64,000 bases of DNA from Convolutriloba macropyga (Eukaryota), in the NCBI RefSeq assembly GCF_964194025.1, contig NC_134477.1, positions 50,344,001-50,408,000 on the forward strand, written 5' to 3'. Below are positions 38,711-51,991 of this stretch, in pieces. The translations under genes were made by a program, and so were the position numbers. Position 1 is the first letter of the stretch, and the number at the start of each line of letters is the position of its first letter. The notes under the pieces were generated by a model. The model was not told the origin of the DNA and ran no database searches. It was given only the letters and a program-made list of their open reading frames with translations.

Positions 38711-39399
38711 AAAAACTGCCAAACGGTACAGAGACAAACCCTATAAACAAAAACTAACAAATTTTTCCGTTTACAAAACTTCCTACAAAATGCAAAATTC
38801 TGAATTCAAAATGCAAAATTCTCCCTCTACAAATTTTCCCTACTCGATCATTGACCTATCCAAGGACTGCCTGTCAGAGACACCCAAATCAACAATTGAA
38901 AAAAAAAACATGACAAATACCAAATTTGTATGATTTCTTTTATTATATAAACTGCACTATTTAACAATGAATTTTCATCTTTGAACAAAAATTCTTAGTA
39001 AATATCTGTCAGTTAACAAGCAAACAAAAAATCCATAAAAAAGCTTAAAAACCAGAAGAAATATACAAGAATGCTTAAAAACAGACGAAAATAAGACAAA
39101 ATTTGATAAAAATTATTCCATTTTCTTGAACAAACACAACTCACAAACAATATTAATCAAATCAAAATATCACTAATAACACTAAAACACTAAGCTGAAC
39201 CATAAAACGACCCCAATTGCTATCGAAGAAGACCGTAAAAAGTGCTAAAAAACGTTCTACAGGCTAAAATAGGAGAATTAGCTCAAAATATTATCTAACA
39301 GTACATTATTTGCACCAAATGGTTAAAAAACATTGTATTGCTGCAACATTTAGAGTTAAAACTAAAAAAGCTCTTTGAAAAAGCCGCAAGTGCTCAAAA

Positions 39400-39708
39400 A
39401 ATAACGATCGCTGAGCGAAAACTTTCATACTCATTTTTCTCGCTCTCTTACAATACTGCATGAACAAAAAACCCTCTCTCTTTCGCTAACCATTCGGCTT
39501 CTTTTCAGCAGATTGACCTAAACAATTGTTTGCACGTGCGCGTGACATTTTGCATCCTGAGAAAAGAGAAGTCACCGATTTAAAAAATAGATCACCATAA
39601 CTCCTCTTCGAGTAGTAAAAAAAAGCGCCCAATACAAACCAAATTCTTTCAATTGTATAAAAAGGAGATCCCCAAATAGTAGCCACTGAGAGGCTGACGG
39701 CGACTATT
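39400..39708 (-). mobile_element. HINE-like family B partial copy
   Basis: ctcctcttcgagt...gcgcccaatacaa...tagccactgagaggctg..ctattaa, shared with 61285-61367 and 63940-64000. The left boundary is approximate. Confidence 0.55.
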
Positions 39709-40527
39709 AACAATGTGATTCAGAATTTAAACTCTTTAAAAAAGTTTTAAAATTAATATCGATGTGAAAAACTCCGAGACCTAGGAAAGAAACACCTTAT
39801 TTTTTATTTCACCCTTTCTATTAATTCTTACTTTTTCTGTGACCTCTAGGAGCGCAGCCACAGTACTGTTTTTTACGTCTGAAAAATGTCAAAAGTCTCA
39901 ATATGACTAACATACGATTAAAAATTGGGCGTTCATAGCTTTTGCTCAATGCATTTTAAAAGGAGATGTGTCATTAATCAGACTCTTTCAATTTGATCCA
40001 ATGTTTTTACAGGGGAATTACCAAAGCCTGTTTGTTCTTGATCGCGGAAAATTTATATTTTGAGAGACTTAATGATAATTTGTTTCAAACAGTGATGATC
40101 AATAATTGAGGACCAACCTTTCACCAAAAATTTCATATCGAATGGGAGGCAAAATCTATTTCAAGGGAGTTTTAAAAAAAATTTCCATCACAATTTTATT
40201 TCTGAAAAAAATTACCAGAGGACATGAAATTGGTATAGATACCAGATTGCCAAAAAATTCGCAGAACAGACTGATTGAACCCAAGTTTAATGGGACAATT
40301 GATAGATGAAAGCATTTCAAATTCAAATTACGAAAAACTGAGGTTAAGAGCGCACTGAGGTTATCCCGGACTCGAATTATCAAACCATTGAACTTTGCGC
40401 TTATGAAAGACTGGTAGACGTAAGTATAGACCCATTAATTTCTCATCCTTTCAATTGTGGAAGAATTGAAACTGTTAGGTAAAAAAAAGAAAACCCCTCG
40501 ATCGAAATTTTAATTCAACATCAAATA

Positions 40528-43500
40528 CTAATCAATACTTTCACTTTCTTCAAATTCAGCGCTTGTTTTCAACAATTCAAACCGTTCCTCAAAGTACTGC
40601 TTCAACATTTGCAAATGAGCTAATTTCTTTGTGAAGGTCAATTTGTGATTTTTTGACAATCCAACGCATACAACTTGCATGAAAGTCTGAATTCTTGGGT
40701 GCTTCGGGAAATCTTGAATAAACTTCTCCAGGAAAATGTGATCGTGGAATGGAACATTATCTTCTTCCTCATAACCCTGCTCGTTCTCTATCGGAAATTT
40801 CCACAGTTTTCCCTGAAGTGTTAATTTTATCATCTCTTCGAACCCATTTCGAGTTGGTGTTTCGAATAAAGACGTGGTATCTTTGTGTAGTAAAACGTTC
40901 CAAGCCGATTGCCCAAACTTTTCCATACTTTCATCAGCAGAAAGTCGAGAATCAGTTTTACTTTTCATGAAGTTCGCGTCAAAGATGTTCAATCGTTGTT
41001 GACCATATAAGGATATATTTCTGTCACTAAAATCATCTCTTGCTCTTCGACGTCCTGTGCGCCTTGATGACATTCTGTTTTTAATCCAGTCACTAAAAAC
41101 AGCCACTGAAAAAATAGTCAATCAAATTCAAAGTGATAATTTGATCCTTTAAATTATTCGACAACAAGCATGAACTAATCCTTCTCTAACTGTAGAACAC
41201 AAAAGATATACTTGTAGTGATCAAATAACTAAAAAAATGATTAAATTTTCCTTTCTTTAGATACAGAGTTTCAAAATTCTTTCATCCATAGCAACAACTT
41301 AACACGAGGGTTTAATAGAGGAAATGAAACCAAGGTAGCTACCGGGTCCAATTGTTAGAAAATATTTTTACTGCCATTTCTGAGTAAAGAGATGGACACA
41401 TACAAAAGGGACAAGATGTGGGGGAAGGGGTGATTGTGAGAATATCACAAACCCGTGTTCATCAGGCCTCCCTTCTTCATCGTAGCCGAAGTCACCAGAC
41501 ATTCCAGCAGTATAAGCATCAATTGTTTCATCACTGAAGAATTCCTCGTAGTCATCGTAACCCCTGTCAGATCTCGTCTCTGTTTCTTGTCTCTGTCTGG
41601 TCCAGCCCTCTGCAGAATACTTTGCGTCGAAACCTATAAGATAATTTAGCCAGTAAACTCAAGCAACTGAAAATGACAGCTACCTTCCTAGGATTAGAGA
41701 ACTAAGGTAAAAGAAAACCAGATGCAGAAAACATAAAACATAACCCACGAATGCCGGACAACTTGATCTCGTTCGACTGCCGTGTGCTCAATTCCATGGG
41801 GGGGGGGGGGTGAGACAATAGGTTTACTATAATGCTATTTTATCAAATAAGGTTATTAGGTGAGGAGCTTACAGGTGAGGAGCAAGATTCAAAGTATAAA
41901 GAAAATTTAGCGATCGCTCCTAATCTTTCCAATTGAATTTTAGAAGTAAACTACCGCCATGTGATAAGCTGCTTGTAATTGTGATTGAGAGAGCAGTTTA
42001 AATTACGCAGACAAAGACGTCAAGCGTGATACGAAAATGTCCCTCGAAAAATCAAAAAGGTCAAGAAAAAATTTTGCACAAAAGACAGACACGCTACTAC
42101 AATAATTGCCTCTAACATAATGCATCCCAAGTTAGCATTTAAGAATGGAGTTATTTGATATAAACTAAAGCCAAAAGCATGTTTTCCGAGATACGCTGCG
42201 TACACTTCTAAATTTTGCAAACATTTTTTCCGGCCCCAATTTAGGCAGCCTATCAAGTTGCACTCATTTTTATTTTAAACGGGAACTTGGAAAGAATAAT
42301 CTCGGCTCAAAATTTCTGATACATATCAGGAGAACAATAATTTCACTGCCCAAGTATCAGCGTCGATTCAATCAACAGCTTCTATATTCAACATCTGCGG
42401 ATAATCAAGGTCAAAGTTGCCCCGAAAAATCAACTGATAATTCTGGTGTCATCCTCACATTCTAGGCAGTGCAACGGATTCAAAAAAGCGTACAACGCGA
42501 CAGCTTGTGGCTCTTTTCTTCTCAGCCTCTTCTCATTGTCCTTGAAGTGTGTTTCGTAGGTTTTGATGAGCAATTTTTAGACAGCCTGGTTCTCGTCTGT
42601 TGCGGAGCTATCTGAGGAATCTATCATTGCAATGACTCTCTTTTGTGGTTTTGTTGTGAACACTGCGCTTGTTCCCAGAAGTGAAGACCAAACTGAAATT
42701 ATCTGGATTTTCATTTTTTCAGCATGCTTGTCGGCAAACTTAATGGCGTATGTGTATGCTGTTCGCTTACCAGAAATTTTTATCTTGCTTTCTGGTTCAT
42801 GAAAACACAATAGGGTTAACCGGGATGATTTATGTGAGAGGTTATCAAACATCTGGTTCTGGACACAAGTTTTTAGCGCTTTCATTTAGGCGGTTCTATT
42901 TTGTCGGTCCTTGGAATTGCGCCATCAGCGTAATACATTGTCATCTGTCCGAAAAATGGTTTCACTGCAACATGATCGTCATCTCGCTCTCGGAGAAATT
43001 AACCAGCTCACCGCCCAGCGTTGCCCGAAGTCACCGCCCAGCGTTGCCCGAAGTTCAAGAGTTGGTCAGCTGAGCTGTTTGATTGCTGCAACTTTTCACA
43101 ATTTCATTAAAAAACGAGTTGTGGTTGTTGTAGCTGTTGCATAGAGCTGCAATTCGCAGAATATTCTGGTGGGATAAAGGCGTTTATTGCCGTTTTTAAC
43201 TGGTACCCTAGTTGCATTTGTATAAGAAAGATAAATATAGTATTAGTGTGACTGCCTATCCACAACTCACTTGTGGTGCGGCGACCTTTCTGCTTCTATG
43301 CCATGGTGAAAGACATGCAGTCCCGGTTTTTTTTGGGGGGGGGGTCGTGTTGGACTGATGGTATTAAGTCAAGCCAGTTGGCTACCTCTATTGGTCTTTC
43401 CCCACAGGTCTAATACTTTCAGGTCTGTGGTGTTCTTACTGCAGTTGAAAATGTGGTTTACTTCATGCGGTGTTACTTGACATCTGGGACAGCGGTTATC

Positions 43501-46500
43501 AACATTGTTACAGATCCTACTCAGGTAAGAGTTTAGCAGTGGGCAGTATCCAGTTCTCAGTTGTGCTAATTGGATACGTGCAATTCGTGGCAGCGTGTGT
43601 TATTCTTCTGCAATCTTTGGTGAAAGCATACCTAGTTGCTTTCTGTCTTTGTACAATTGAGCATGGACTGTGTGTCGGTGGATACTTCTTGTATTATTTG
43701 CGATTCAATTGCTCTTTATTGTTTGTGTTGTTTCGGGCGATCACTATAAATATCATTCAGTATCGGTCTCATGGGACAAAAACTGGTTGAGGAGGTTCTT
43801 TTATGAACAGTACGATGGCTTTGACACCTGCCAGCTAGAAATTGCTCTACTAGCATTTCTGTGTGATCTTCAACAGGCAGCATTCTTCAACAGGCAGCAT
43901 CAACCTCATTGTGTAAGTCATTGATGTCTGATATTTTTGCATTTTTGCACAGCCATTATTTGTGCAAGAGCAAAGCTTTGTTGTGTTTGCAGGTGGTTCA
44001 AGTTCCTATTGCTGATTAAGGAAGCCCAAATGGGAGCACCATAGTTCATGACGCTCAAACCGATGGCTTTGTAGGTCATTGAGAGTGTCTTTTTAGCGCA
44101 TACACCACCTTGGGTGACACCCTGTTTAATTTTTCTCCACTTTGATTTCTAGTGTTACATTATAAAAAAACCGGCAATGTAAGTGTGAAGCGACACATCT
44201 TTGAGTGCTATTTGGTAGTGGTGCCTTCAGTATGTCTCTTACTTGTAGGTTGTGATCAACCGTGTAGAAAGCCGCGGTGAGGTCTAAAGCTACTAGTAGA
44301 GTACGCTTGCAGGGTTTCTTTTAATTCAGGCCTTTCTGTATATCGTTGGTGACAATATTGAGAGATGTTATGGAGTGCTCAGGTCTATAGACAAGCAAAT
44401 GTTATTTGAGTGAATATTCTATAAAGTCACTTAGTAAGAGTTTTTATGTTAGTTTTGCAATGGTGGACAGGAGTGAATTAGTCTGAAGCTTTCAGATTCG
44501 TCTATGGGTTCACCAGGTAAAACTCCTGTACAGGTATACCCCGGTCAACTTTGATGTTCGGGATTTTGCACTGTTTACAGAAAAGTTTATGGTGACAGTG
44601 AGGGATCTCAGTGCTATGGGGCATAGATGGTGTAGTGTAGGTGGGTTGGAGCCTTACTTTTTTTGTCTCATAGCTTCTTGCACTGTTAAACTTAAACATT
44701 TGCACTCTATTTTCAGTTTCCTTTTTGTTCTTAGTGTATTTGTTTTCTGTTTTTCGTTTCTCTTGGGCTGTGGAGTGTATTGTTGGCTAAACTTGTTGGC
44801 GCATTTAGTAGGATCATGGTGAGAAGTAGTCTTCTTAGCGTCAAAGTATATGGCTCTGTTTGCAGGTGGTTTATCGTTACTTGACGAAAGTCCTTTTACT
44901 GTGTTCCAGAGTTTAAAGCAGCTACTTCTGTGAGTAAGTGTTTGAACAAACTCGATCCATTTCTTGCGCTTTTCACTTTGAACAAATTTGTTTTTCATGG
45001 TTTAGTTGCGTGATTTTGGGGTTCCCAGGATCTTTTCGTTGCATTTCATCTCTCGTTTCAGAAATATGTACTGCTTCAATGGGAAAATTGGCAGCCATTG
45101 TTTTAATTCTTTCTTGTGGGATATGCCTGCCAGGCGCTGGATTGATGGCTTTCCTTAAGATTTTTTTGGCATGGTAGACATTTGTTGGCCTTTGTTGTTT
45201 CTTCAGTTTTAGTTCAATGTCGTCTGAAAAACTTGCCCAGTCAGCTTTGATGAAGTTGATGAAAGTTCTTTGTGGTGTTGTGTGTGATGATGTCACAGGT
45301 GAAGGATAGAACTATTGATAACTAATCCGATCCTAATGCGTACTCCGTGCGCCAATCGAAGCTCATTGCTATGCTTGAGCTGGCGAGACTGATGTCCGGG
45401 GAGCTTTTACAAGAATCAGTTACTCTTGTGCGGGCATTTTCGTTGAGTAACACATGATTGTAGAGGTTTATTTTACTTGCACCATTGTTTCCTCTGTCTT
45501 CCGTTAGTTTCCAGTGCCATAGTGGGCTTTGAGCATTGAAATCACTGACAATGCATTCATCTAACTCCAGTAGTTTACTGATTGATTTATTGTATCCTGC
45601 ATCACAGCTAGAGGATGGTGGTATGTAGGTGTTCACTAGTTTGATGTTATGACCAACTGCGGTGAATTCTATGGCTTGCACCTCTAGGTGCTTGTCGGAA
45701 GATCTAATTTCTTGAAACGGAATTCTGTCCCTAATAATAAAAGCTACTTCTCCACCCTTGCCACTTTCTTTGGACCTATTTTCTCGGACTGTGCAATAGC
45801 CAGGTTGGCTTTTTAATTCAGGTTGGTCTTCGGATGGCACCCATTTGGATGTTTATTTTCTGCATCCAGTCTATGATGCTGTCTAGTTTTTGTTTGAGAC
45901 TATAACAATTCAGTTGAAGAATGTTGAAGTGTGTGTTGTCGTGACTGGGGAAACTTTGCCTTGTATTTGCTTCTATTATCTCACACCAGGAGCAGCGCTT
46001 ACAGTCTAACTTGTTGTTCCATTGCTCTATGGACTGTAAGTTGGTGCGATTCAGGTGTAACCATCTTTCGCTGCCGTATTGATTCCAGTTGCAAAGGTGA
46101 CCAATAGCACAAGGCGTTGCGCCGGGGTTTGTTTCAATGCCGCCGAGGATTAGAAGAAGAAGCAGGGTAAATATGTGTTTCCCATAAAATGCAGGATAGG
46201 GACCAGAGAGACTGGGCTTGCCTGATCCCGCCGCAAAAACCAGTTTCTCGCAGTCTGTGTACAGTATGTATGGATCCTGGGAGCGGTTGCCCGCTCGTAG
46301 TTCTGCCGCGTAGAGGCTTCATACTTGAGAACCACGAGTTGTGGTTGTATGCTCTGCGCGTAGTCGTAGTCAGCATCGTGAACCTCAATTGGGTGCATTA
46401 TTTTGAGTTGATTATGCTCTTGGAGCGTTTCCAGTTCTCGGAGCGTTTTCTTTAGTGTTGGGATGTAGTTGACGTCCGAGACGGAGCCTTGAATTTTTGG

Positions 46501-47904
46501 ATTTGAGTTCTACAATTGTTCAACTTTTTCATGGGAGCAGTCTTAACTTTCCAAGATGTGTATGAGACCTATGGATTTTTCGCCAAGGGACACAACAAGA
46601 CGCCAGTGATACACAAATTACTCAGTTTTTTTTCAATGTTAGAACAATAATGATCTATTTTGAATCCCATCTTTACACACCCACCCCGAGCCAAAAAGGA
46701 TTATCATTATGCATCTCATTTTGTACCGGCGTAGAGGGTTTAAAAATCTTATTTCATGGAAAATGAATCAAAGGTTTATGGGATTTGATATGGTACCGCT
46801 TCATACCATCCTGAAATTCACACGTCATTTTTTAAATCAAAAACCTTTCTATTTCTCAAACTCACCCGGCAGAGGAAATTGACGAATCAAATCACTTAAA
46901 TTGTCTCCAGGTGATGAACTTTCATCTTCTTTCAACTCCACAGATTCTTGAAATTTTGATCCATATTTGCGCGCCGTTGTAGTCTCCTGTTTCTCATTTT
47001 CAATCAAATTTTTATTCTTCCTTCTCCTTTTCCTCTTTTTCGAAGGCGAGGGCGACCTTGCTCGACCCTCTTTTTCGACATCGTTTTCAGCCGTATTTTG
47101 AACTCTAGCATGGTGTTCCGCAATCGCCTCCATAAGACTAAAACTAGGCCCTCTCTTGTCAGATTCTACCTTATTCTCAGGAATCTTATTTCTGACAGGT
47201 GGCGTTTTTGGAGCTTTGAGAAATTCGGAAAAAGAATTCACAGTGTCAGCAGATTTTGAAGTTTGAAGCAAAGTTGAGTCAATAGTAGATGACAAACTCT
47301 CTCTTTTGCTCGTATCGGCTACAATTTTGGCCATCGGTTGTTCCACATCTTCTTCGACGCTTTCATAAGCGTTGCCATAACTTTCTTCCATATTCTGCTG
47401 GTTTAGTTCTTCCATAAACTCCTCATCAATCCCAAATTTGTTATCAGACAACTGATCTTTAGCCCCTAATGCAATCTCGCACATTTCAGCCAATTCGTTT
47501 TGAATTTGTTTCTTTTTCGTCCCTTTTACTTTTTCACTGAAGGCTTTAGATGCGTTGATTGCTTCTTTGCGGGCTTGTAATTTTGTATGACTCACAAATT
47601 GTTCGTTTCCAGTCGATTTCTGGTCGCGTTTTTGCTCTGCAGGGTTTTGTATTACTTCGTCTAAAGGTGTTCGTTTCAATTTAATATTGGCCAGAATATT
47701 TTTCAAGCGTTCGTCACGCGACTGGGTAGATAAGTCGTCATTTTTAACTGTATCCTTTTCAATTTCAATGCTGTCATCGTTAAGTTGTTCCCTTAATTTT
47801 GATGAATTAGCACAATACCGACAGAATGGTACAAAGAGATGAAATCTACTGGCTGAAAATCTGTTCAAGAGAGATGAAACTGCTTTTGAGTACTGATAGT
47901 TCAT
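40528..47904 (-). CDS. MRPS31: Mitochondrial small ribosomal subunit protein mS31 (~594 aa)
   Basis: Exons 47904-46866, 41633-41453 and 41092-40528 with phase-matched GT-AG introns (phase 1, then phase 2). C-terminal NGFEEMIKLTLQGKLWKFPIENEQG, FHDHIFLEK, FMQVVCVGLSKN are the mS31 signature. The N-terminus resembles a transit peptide. Confidence 0.85.
43210..46500 (-). mobile_element. Degenerate APE-type LINE (2A-like motif, Cys/His remnant, APE, RT with core deleted, C-terminal CCHC) in MRPS31 intron 1
   Basis: FNILQLNCYSL, DFNA, SSPDISL and GSD (APE); LVALDLTAAFYTVDH and KQGVTQGGV (RT); LAQLRTGYC...CPRC...H...HIFNC...DLW (C-terminus). Many stops and frameshifts; boundaries are approximate. 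Confidence 0.88.
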
Positions 47905-48972
47905 TGTATCTAAAATGTATATGGGTAAATAAACACAGGCTTTATAAGACCGCACAATAACGATACGTTTACAACTCCAGCTGACATTTTTGAAAACAGG
48001 TTCGTACAAGCAGGATCTGTTTTTTCACGCTGAATTTTGAGGGATGACAAGTCATCATATGGATCCTTAAGACTTTCACGTTTTGTCTAAACGTCGTAGA
48101 GATAAAGAGCAACATCATTTGGCTAGCGAACTTTAGGCTCCTACTTTTGATTTAAATCGAAATATTTCAGTTGCACTTTCAAAAAGGGAAAAATATGAAA
48201 GATAGAGCTTGGATTGGGGGAATGTACTTTTTCTTTAAACATTAAGCTATTCTGCGAAAATGATCAAATTATTAGCTGGCTGAATCTGTTCTATTACATC
48301 TCCCCTAGCAAAACGCATCGCACGATGAACACTTGTATAGCTTATATCACCACTAATCGTGGTGATAAGGGTAAAATTCGACACTTTCTTCAAGTTATCT
48401 GTCTGTTCCAAAAAGTACATCTAGCAACAGAAGTTAGTAACTTAGCCGGCAAATTACCAAAGACTCTACTGTTGACTCCATTGACATTTACCGCGATTGA
48501 AACAGATTGAAACAGAAAAGAAGTATTTCCAAATTAGGAAACCTTATTTCATGAAACGCATTTAGTACTGATAATTTTTAAATACGGAAAAGGTTTTGGT
48601 GAAAAAAGACTAAAGAACAGAACAACTTATATCAAAATTAAGCGACCGTTCCAGACGACACAGAAACAGTCCAAAATGGATTAAAACTTCCTCTCGAAAT
48701 ACTACAAAACCACAAAAAAATTTAAGCTAAAGATAAAAAAAGCATATGCATCAATAATTTACACTTGCTCCACTAGAATGAAACATTAGCTACCTCAGAA
48801 GGTATTTTTATGTTCAGCAGAACACTGAACCTGTAATATTGATTCAGAACTTTGCACAAAAAGTTAGAAAGTAAATATTTTTGGCTAGCATTCTTTAACC
48901 AGCTGGTTATAAAAACTAACTTCCGTTTTCAAAAAAAGAAAATTGGCAGAAAATTCATCTCACTTTTGGAAA

Positions 48973-49378
48973 AAAACGACTAACGTCGGTCGAACTGCTC
49001 TCAAACGACTGTCGAACAGTTGGCTTTGACAGAATCTAGCCAACGCTTAAGGAAGCGAGGTTTATCTTAATTGAACAGGAGTGGGGTGAGCATGGAGGGT
49101 ATGGGGAGCTGGGTTACGGGTGGAAAAATGTGCGGTGTGGGGATTGAGGATGTGAAGAGGGGTGGGGTCAAGTCGAGGGGGTCAGACTCCAAGAATCGAC
49201 CTTCACACCATAAAATTATGCCTCCAAAACAATTTCGTTGAATCGTATACTAAGAGTCTCGCAAGCCAATAGAAAAAGTATTTACGGTTTTTGGAGACTA
49301 AAAGTGAAAAAGGTCAGACAAAAAATCTGCAAAAATCGACGACCACAGGACTAATACAATTGCTACAAACTTCATTAA
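48973..49378 (-). mobile_element. HINE-like family A short copy
   Basis: cgactaacgtcgg..tgctctcaaacga at left; ggactaatacaattgctacaaacttc at right. Confidence 0.65.
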
Positions 49379-49741
49379 CAAGCGATACTGCAATGAGAGC
49401 TGAGGATGGAAATTAGTACTCATACAATTAGCAATGAAACTATCAAGACTTAAGCGAGATAATAAGCATAGTTAGGTAATGCGTTTCAGTGATCACGCTA
49501 AAGCCGGTCTTCGACTTCAATTTATTTGACTGCATTTGGTTTTCACTGGTTCGCGCTCAAAGCACCTCGAAAAGAACTATTTCGACAGTAGAATTGAGCA
49601 GTGAAACAGTATCACATAAACTGCAAGTAATATATTTCAAAACTGGTTGAAAATATTTCCGACGAACGTCGGATGAATTGGTTTCGATAGACAGGTGATG
49701 GCAAATAGAGCGAGTGTAGCTCAAAAAACTTTAGTGCGCAA

Positions 49742-49927
49742 AAACCTCCGTACCATGGAGGATTCGAACACCGAACCTCCAGAATGCCCGACCAGCATCT
49801 TAACTACTAAGATATGAACATTAAAATTTTAGAAACAACTTCATTTCAGAAAAAGACCAACTTAGATGACTCAAAAACGAAAAATGTAAGCGTGAAAAGG
49901 TCACAAAAACTTTGTCCGAGAGCAATT
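49742..49927 (-). mobile_element. tRNA-derived segment within a HINE-like end
   Basis: The minus strand reads CATATCTTAGTAGTTAAG...GTGTTCGAATCC (A/B box-like, no valid cloverleaf). The element ends tccgagagcaatt. Confidence 0.45.
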
Positions 49928-50360
49928 AACAAGATTGCAATGATAGCCGGAGGAAGAGTTGTCACAGTTGATTAAAAAATAAGTGTTATTCCTGTGTAAC
50001 ACTCTACAATTTAAAAATCTAGATTTGATATTATGTAACCAGTTGAAGATTATCTTTCAGAACATTAAAAAAGAGAAAAAAGTCTATTTTTAGAATGGAA
50101 GGAAAAATACGACGCAACACTTCATTAAAAAAGGGAAATACCAGATCAAATAAACGTTCACAATTTTGTTCAAACAGTTAGTAGTCTTCGAAAATAACCG
50201 TTCTATTGGGCCCCTGAATCTACTCTGGTACAGCCAATGAGCATAACAAATCGTGCGCTGGGCCGCCGTATAGCTTATATGATCAATAATCTTGTTGATA
50301 AAGGGGTAAGAATAAAAAAGCATTTCTTTGCGAGCAAATTGTCCTAATGGTTAAAATTAG

Positions 50361-51803
50361 AAACATAACCGACTAACGTCGGGCAAATTGCTCTCAAACG
50401 ACCGGCGAGCGTTTGGCTTCGTCAGTAGCAAGCCAAGGTTTCGTGAGACTAGCTTTAGCTGGATTCGACTCTGCAACTTTTAGTTTTCTAGCCTTGTTAG
50501 TAAAAAAAAATCAAATAAAAACTGATATTTCAAAAAAGTTTACAAAATATTGCAAAATTTAAAAGAAAAGCTTCCAGATTTCGCAGTGAAAAAGTTCAAA
50601 ACTAATTTTTGGTTTCTGGAGTTATGTCAGGTAACCCATCCGCAAGACTTGAACAGCTTCGTTGGCCAGTAATGATCGTTAAACTCAGAAAAGGACAAAA
50701 ATACTCAAAAATTTTGATGAAAATAGCAAATTTAAAAAAATTGCAAAAACTCAAGATATTAAAATCTTGAAAACCATTTCATTGTCTCAAGAGACTATCC
50801 AGTATCCCTATTTCAAGCTTTAAATAGTTTCACTGGCTCATAAAGATCCAAGAACTTGAACATGATAATTTTCCGCAATGTTGAAAATAAATTTTATCGA
50901 AAAATTGCTAAAGCTGGAGTCATGAAAACATTGATAACCAGTCCATTAAGTCTAGAAACTATGCGACAGCTCAATATCGAACCTTGGAGGAGGTCCATAG
51001 GACACTGGTGCCGGAAAAAAGATAGAAAAGTTAAAATATTCAAAAAACTTGAAACAATTGCAAACATTTTTTTAAAAAACTGATAATAGAATATTGAAAA
51101 ACATCCCATTACATCTAGAAGCTATGCAGTAATCTATAATCAAAACCTAGAGGAGATTCCTTGGTACTTCAGGCTGGAAAAACCAACAAAAATTTTCAAA
51201 AAACTTGTAAAAACGCAAGTTTTATAAAAAAAAAATTGCTAAAATTTGCACGTTTTGTCAAAAAAAAAAAATTGCTAAAATTAGTGACGTTAAAATGTTG
51301 AAACCATTCCCCTACCACTAAAAACTATTCAGTAGCCTATTATAAAAGCCTAGAGGAGTTTTCTTGACACCTAGGGCTGAAGGAACTCAAAAAATGACAA
51401 AAATTTTCAAAAAGCTTGAAAAAAATTGAAAATTAGTATAAAGTTGCGTGTTTGTAGCGATCGGTTGTTCGTCAGTAGCCACCGTGGGGGGAGGGAGGAG
51501 GATGCACAGGGTGGGGGCTATTGGGGAGGGGGCAACAGTGGGGGGGGGGTCAACAGTGGGGGTGCTCTTCAACCTCTAAGAACCGCCCTTCACACGATAA
51601 GTATAAGTCTCCAAAACAGTTTGAGCTGAAACAGAGTTGAGAGGCTCTAAGAGCACTTAACGCCTGCTAGGCGCTACCTGTTTATCCCGTTTTTGTGGAC
51701 GAAAAGTCAAAAGCGTCAGACGACAAATCGGTCAAGCGAAAAATCGGATAAAAAAGACCGACAGGACTAATATAATTGCTACAAAATTCGTTTGAGAGCA
51801 ATT
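50361..51803 (-). mobile_element. HINE-like family A, complete copy
   Basis: Perfect 16-bp subterminal IR aattgctctcaaacga (50386-50401) / tcgtttgagagcaatt (51788-51803). Small hairpin ccgac-taac-gtcgg at left, a partial IR beside the right subTIR, A/T-run flanks and no TSD. Confidence 0.8.
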
Positions 51804-51991
51804 AAAAACCATGATTTCATTTAGGAGACCAAGCCTTTGCACAAAAACAGATACATTTCGAAGAAGACGAAATAACCGCACTTCTTTCTCCTATGATAAG
51901 TAATCACAACTAACAATCTAAGTTTACAGGATATAGATCGATGGGTTTTAATAGAATAAGCATAAAGAAACACACCGTCCTATAAGGGTTT

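Noticed and set aside
42300-43200. Coding-like minus-strand fragments (ORF 42577..42885) with a 23-bp direct repeat near 43010
   Set aside because: Interrupted by stops and no motif I can name; possibly a decayed TE gene, left uncalled.
47905-48009. Upstream extension of the 386-aa ORF as the MRPS31 start
   Set aside because: It begins at a non-ATG codon and crosses a splice acceptor; the ATG at 47904 gives a transit-peptide-like N-terminus.
49742-49816. Second functional tRNA gene
   Set aside because: A/B-box-like motifs are present but there is no acceptor or anticodon stem; treated as a tRNA-derived repeat.
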